Of a stretch of DNA of 64,000 bases, positions 61,278-64,000 are shown piece by piece. The number at the start of each line of letters is the position of its first letter. Positions within the stretch are counted from its first letter, which is position 1. Under the pieces are notes generated by a model, which saw only the letters and a program-made list of their open reading frames with translations, was not told the origin of the DNA and searched no databases. Origin of the DNA: Poseidonia sp. (GTDB lineage Archaea; Thermoplasmatota; Poseidoniia; Poseidoniales; Poseidoniaceae); the NCBI GenBank assembly GCA_049600935.1, contig JBMYQB010000003.1:9113-73112 (forward strand), written 5' to 3'. The translations under genes were made by a program, and so were the position numbers.

Positions 61278-62129
61278 ATGGACGCAGACCGTGAGGAGCG
61301 AATGGAAGCCCTTCGAGCAAGGGTGAGAGCAAAGAAGGAGGCGGCGCTCAACGGCGAGCCGGAAGAAGAACTCGTGGTCAGTACGGCCGATCTCACCGTC
61401 CAATCTGCGGCCGACGAGGCCGTAGATGAATGGTATGCGATGATCGACCGCGATGCGGACCGATGGAGAAACCTCGCTGCTGCACTCATCTTCATCGGGA
61501 GTCTGCTTGGCATGATGAGCGGGGCTCTTATTCTTCAGGGAAACCCCACAGAGCTGCTCAATACCTCGTTTTTTGCGGAAAGTGACGCCGTTGATATCTC
61601 TGGAACGGCGCTGGAGGACGTTGACGGAAGCGGTGTGGAAAACGTCTCTGTCGAACTCCTCGATGCGACCTCGAAGGCGCTTCTTCAAAGCACCAGCACG
61701 GATGCGTTCGGCTATTTTTCAATGAGCAACGTGCAACAAGAACTCCACATTATTGTGTTCTCAAAAGAAGGATACACAACCGTTGAGCGTACCTTTGTTC
61801 CTGACAATGTTGGACTTGACCCGGTGACCATGAAGCCCGGCAACGGGACACGGGAAGAAAACGATGAGCAATCGATATCCGGTTGGACCCTCGACAACGC
61901 CGTAGGTCTTTCCACCGCCATCGGTTTGCTGACCATCATGACGGCCCTGCTCGGCGTTCAAGCCGCTGTTGAAATCCGCCGAGGAAAGCGATACCGGCGA
62001 AGCCAATACCTTGCTGCTGGAGCCTTGTTCAGCCGTGGCCTCATCATCGTTGGACCAACACTCATCCTCTTTGGAATGATTGTCAACCTGTTTGCAAAGC
62101 ACGACTTTGAGGACGAACGAGAGGATTGA
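61278..62129 (+). CDS. Membrane protein with carboxypeptidase-regulatory-like (CarboxypepD_reg) domain
   Basis: ISG...D..G.GV.NVSV.L, TDAFGYF, SKEGY; three TM helices; GGAGG SD. Confidence 0.7.
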   Translation: MDADREERMEALRARVRAKKEAALNGEPEEELVVSTADLTVQSAADEAVDEWYAMIDRDADRWRNLAAALIFIGSLLGMMSGALILQGNPTELLNTSFFAESDAVDISGTALEDVDGSGVENVSVELLDATSKALLQSTSTDAFGYFSMSNVQQELHIIVFSKEGYTTVERTFVPDNVGLDPVTMKPGNGTREENDEQSISGWTLDNAVGLSTAIGLLTIMTALLGVQAAVEIRRGKRYRRSQYLAAGALFSRGLIIVGPTLILFGMIVNLFAKHDFEDERED

Positions 62130-62131
62130 GC

Positions 62132-63499
62132 ATGTACCTGATCTCAGTCGAAGGCGGCGACGGTTCAGGCAAAGGTGAAGCAGCCCGAATTTTAGGAGAA
62201 TTGCTCAGCGAATTCCCGTTTCCAGATGTGGTGATGACCCACGAACCTCGACGCCACAGCGAACTTGGGAAATTGGCCCTTCAGTCCGTTAAACTTGGAA
62301 ACAAAACACCGTTGGAAGAAGCCGGCTTGTTCGCAGCGGACCGCCTTGACCATTCACATACGTTCATCCGGCCCCACCTTGCCAATGGCGCTGTCGTTAT
62401 TTCTGACAGGAACATCCACTCCTCACTCATCTATCAGGGCGTGGTGGGCGACCTCGGCCTTGAAAAAGTCGCCAGCATGAACGCTGCAGCTATGGTGCCC
62501 GATTTGGTCTTCTGGATTGATTGCGACCCTGAGAAAGCCATGAAGCGAATCAAATCAGGCACGTTAAGAATGACGAGCCAAAAGCAGGAATATTTCGAAA
62601 CCCAGGAGATTCAAACAACCATTCGCCAAGGTTTTCATGACTTGTTTGGAGAGAACGGTGTTGTTCCAGCGCCGTTCAACCAATGCTGCATTGTTGGACC
62701 CATCATGAACGAAGGGGGATTGGACGACCTGAAAACGAAATTGCGGGCCGAACTACGCCGATTTTTCAACAAGAAACCCCTCCCTCTCAATGTTGACCGT
62801 GATGAGGTCGACAGGAATTTGCTCAACACCTTGGTTCATGATGTGAAAAAGCAACGGCGACTTCCCGGTGCCCCACAGGAAAAAACAGCCATCCACATCG
62901 GCTGGCTTGGCGGTAAGTCGCCCGCACAATGGATGGCGGAGGCCGAGGAGAATTGGCCGTCAGCGTCAGCGCAGGACCACGATGTACCGGCCTCACCGTT
63001 GGCTCATTCATGCTGGTCGGTGTTGGGGACGCTCTCGCTGATGGTCGGCTCAAGTGAAGTTCCACGACTTCATGCCGCACTTGGACCCGTCAGAATGGTG
63101 ACGCAACGCCACACTCAGCGCTTGATCAAGTGGTTGTTGGCAGAAAACTGGGTGCATAAACAGCAAAACCATACCCCCTTCAGCGATGCTCAACTCTTCA
63201 AACTCCGAGAAGAACGTCTTGGCTTTGCACGCCTCACCCTCGCCATGTGGCCGCTACGTGCCCAGTTGGCATCCTGGCGTCGAGCCAACCCGGACAAGGA
63301 TTGGTCCACGGCACTGGATGAACTCTTTCACCTTGAAGAAGGGAAAGACCTCTCATCCATCTTGAAAAAAGCCGTTCACGACATCAACCAGCGATTAAGC
63401 ATCCTGACGAGCGGACACGATGGATGTCCGCTGCCAACCACGGCCCCTGAATTGTGTGCGTGGTGGTCGTTGGAACCGCCTGCTCACTCTTCTTCCTGA
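62132..63499 (+). CDS. tmk: Thymidylate kinase with long C-terminal extension
   Basis: EGGDGSGK P-loop, THEP, LFAADR, SDR..HSS..YQG, PDL. Confidence 0.88.
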   Translation: MYLISVEGGDGSGKGEAARILGELLSEFPFPDVVMTHEPRRHSELGKLALQSVKLGNKTPLEEAGLFAADRLDHSHTFIRPHLANGAVVISDRNIHSSLIYQGVVGDLGLEKVASMNAAAMVPDLVFWIDCDPEKAMKRIKSGTLRMTSQKQEYFETQEIQTTIRQGFHDLFGENGVVPAPFNQCCIVGPIMNEGGLDDLKTKLRAELRRFFNKKPLPLNVDRDEVDRNLLNTLVHDVKKQRRLPGAPQEKTAIHIGWLGGKSPAQWMAEAEENWPSASAQDHDVPASPLAHSCWSVLGTLSLMVGSSEVPRLHAALGPVRMVTQRHTQRLIKWLLAENWVHKQQNHTPFSDAQLFKLREERLGFARLTLAMWPLRAQLASWRRANPDKDWSTALDELFHLEEGKDLSSILKKAVHDINQRLSILTSGHDGCPLPTTAPELCAWWSLEPPAHSSS

Positions 63500-64000
63500 T
63501 TGCGAGTTCGCACCAAGGTAAAGGAAGCATTGCCGGGCAGCAAGACCTGTCCTGCTCCATGAAAGTCCTCTGCACGGGCAGAAAACATGGAACACATCAG
63601 GATGCCAAGCCCAATCCCGAAAGGAATGCCCGTCAAGATGCGCTTGATGTTGGTGGATTCGTAGGACGTGAGCAGTTGGAGGAAGCCATCGGCGATGAGC
63701 GGCAGGCAAAGGAGTGTGCCACAAGCCAGCCAGAGCAGCGTGCGCTGATTTTTTGCGTAGACGGGATGCAGCACCCGTTCTGGAAGCAGCGACAAGCACG
63801 TGTCCCTGACCGTCCATCGGTTCCAGCCTCGCCTCGTGAAGACTGCACCACCCAAGAACAGTCCGAAGAAAATGCCAACATCGCGGGTACATACAGGGAG
63901 TTGGTTGTTGTTTACTTCCCATGAGCGTTCATGTTTTTGATGGCAGTTCACATCACCAAAGGCATAGATGAACGCCGCGTATGGGTTCACATCAGTCCAC
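63484..64000 (-). CDS. DUF2085-family membrane protein (probably 5'-truncated by the window edge)
   Basis: CHQKHERS, QLPVCTRD.G, DG..Q...YESTN..R..TG motifs. Confidence 0.8.
   Translation of the reverse strand, partial: WTDVNPYAAFIYAFGDVNCHQKHERSWEVNNNQLPVCTRDVGIFFGLFLGGAVFTRRGWNRWTVRDTCLSLLPERVLHPVYAKNQRTLLWLACGTLLCLPLIADGFLQLLTSYESTNIKRILTGIPFGIGLGILMCSMFSARAEDFHGAGQVLLPGNASFTLVRTRNQEEE

Overview
A 64 kb, gene-dense, moderately GC-rich stretch of archaeal chromosome. Gene content points to Marine Group II Euryarchaeota (Ca. Poseidoniales, Thermoplasmatota); this is an inference. The archaeal side shows L44e/S27e/aIF2a/Nop10/PAC2, L37e, L10e, ABCE1, RPA, Hel308, Cgi121, geranylgeranyl reductase and GGTGA-type SD sites. 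These sit with bacterial-type gyrBA, mutSL, tldDE, etfBA and PKD surface proteases. There are about 53 CDSs and one tRNA-Ser(CGA). I found no CRISPR array, integrase, transposase or rRNA. Most notable: (1) a tandem pair of paralogous Fe-S Cas4/AddB-like nucleases, each fused to RPA-like OB folds; (2) an RPA - RPA-partner - small phage-tail-like ORF - TadB/TadC/ATPase run facing a triple-SAP protein, possibly a DNA-uptake module; (3) an FxxA (RadA/BRC-like) motif inside a Hel308 insertion; (4) a PCNA PIP box on bacterial-type MutS; (5) a dTMP kinase fused to a putative winged helix; (6) a HemC-like protein lacking the cofactor cysteine; (7) an L44e that has lost its zinc ligands. All family calls come from motif recognition by eye; no database search was run.
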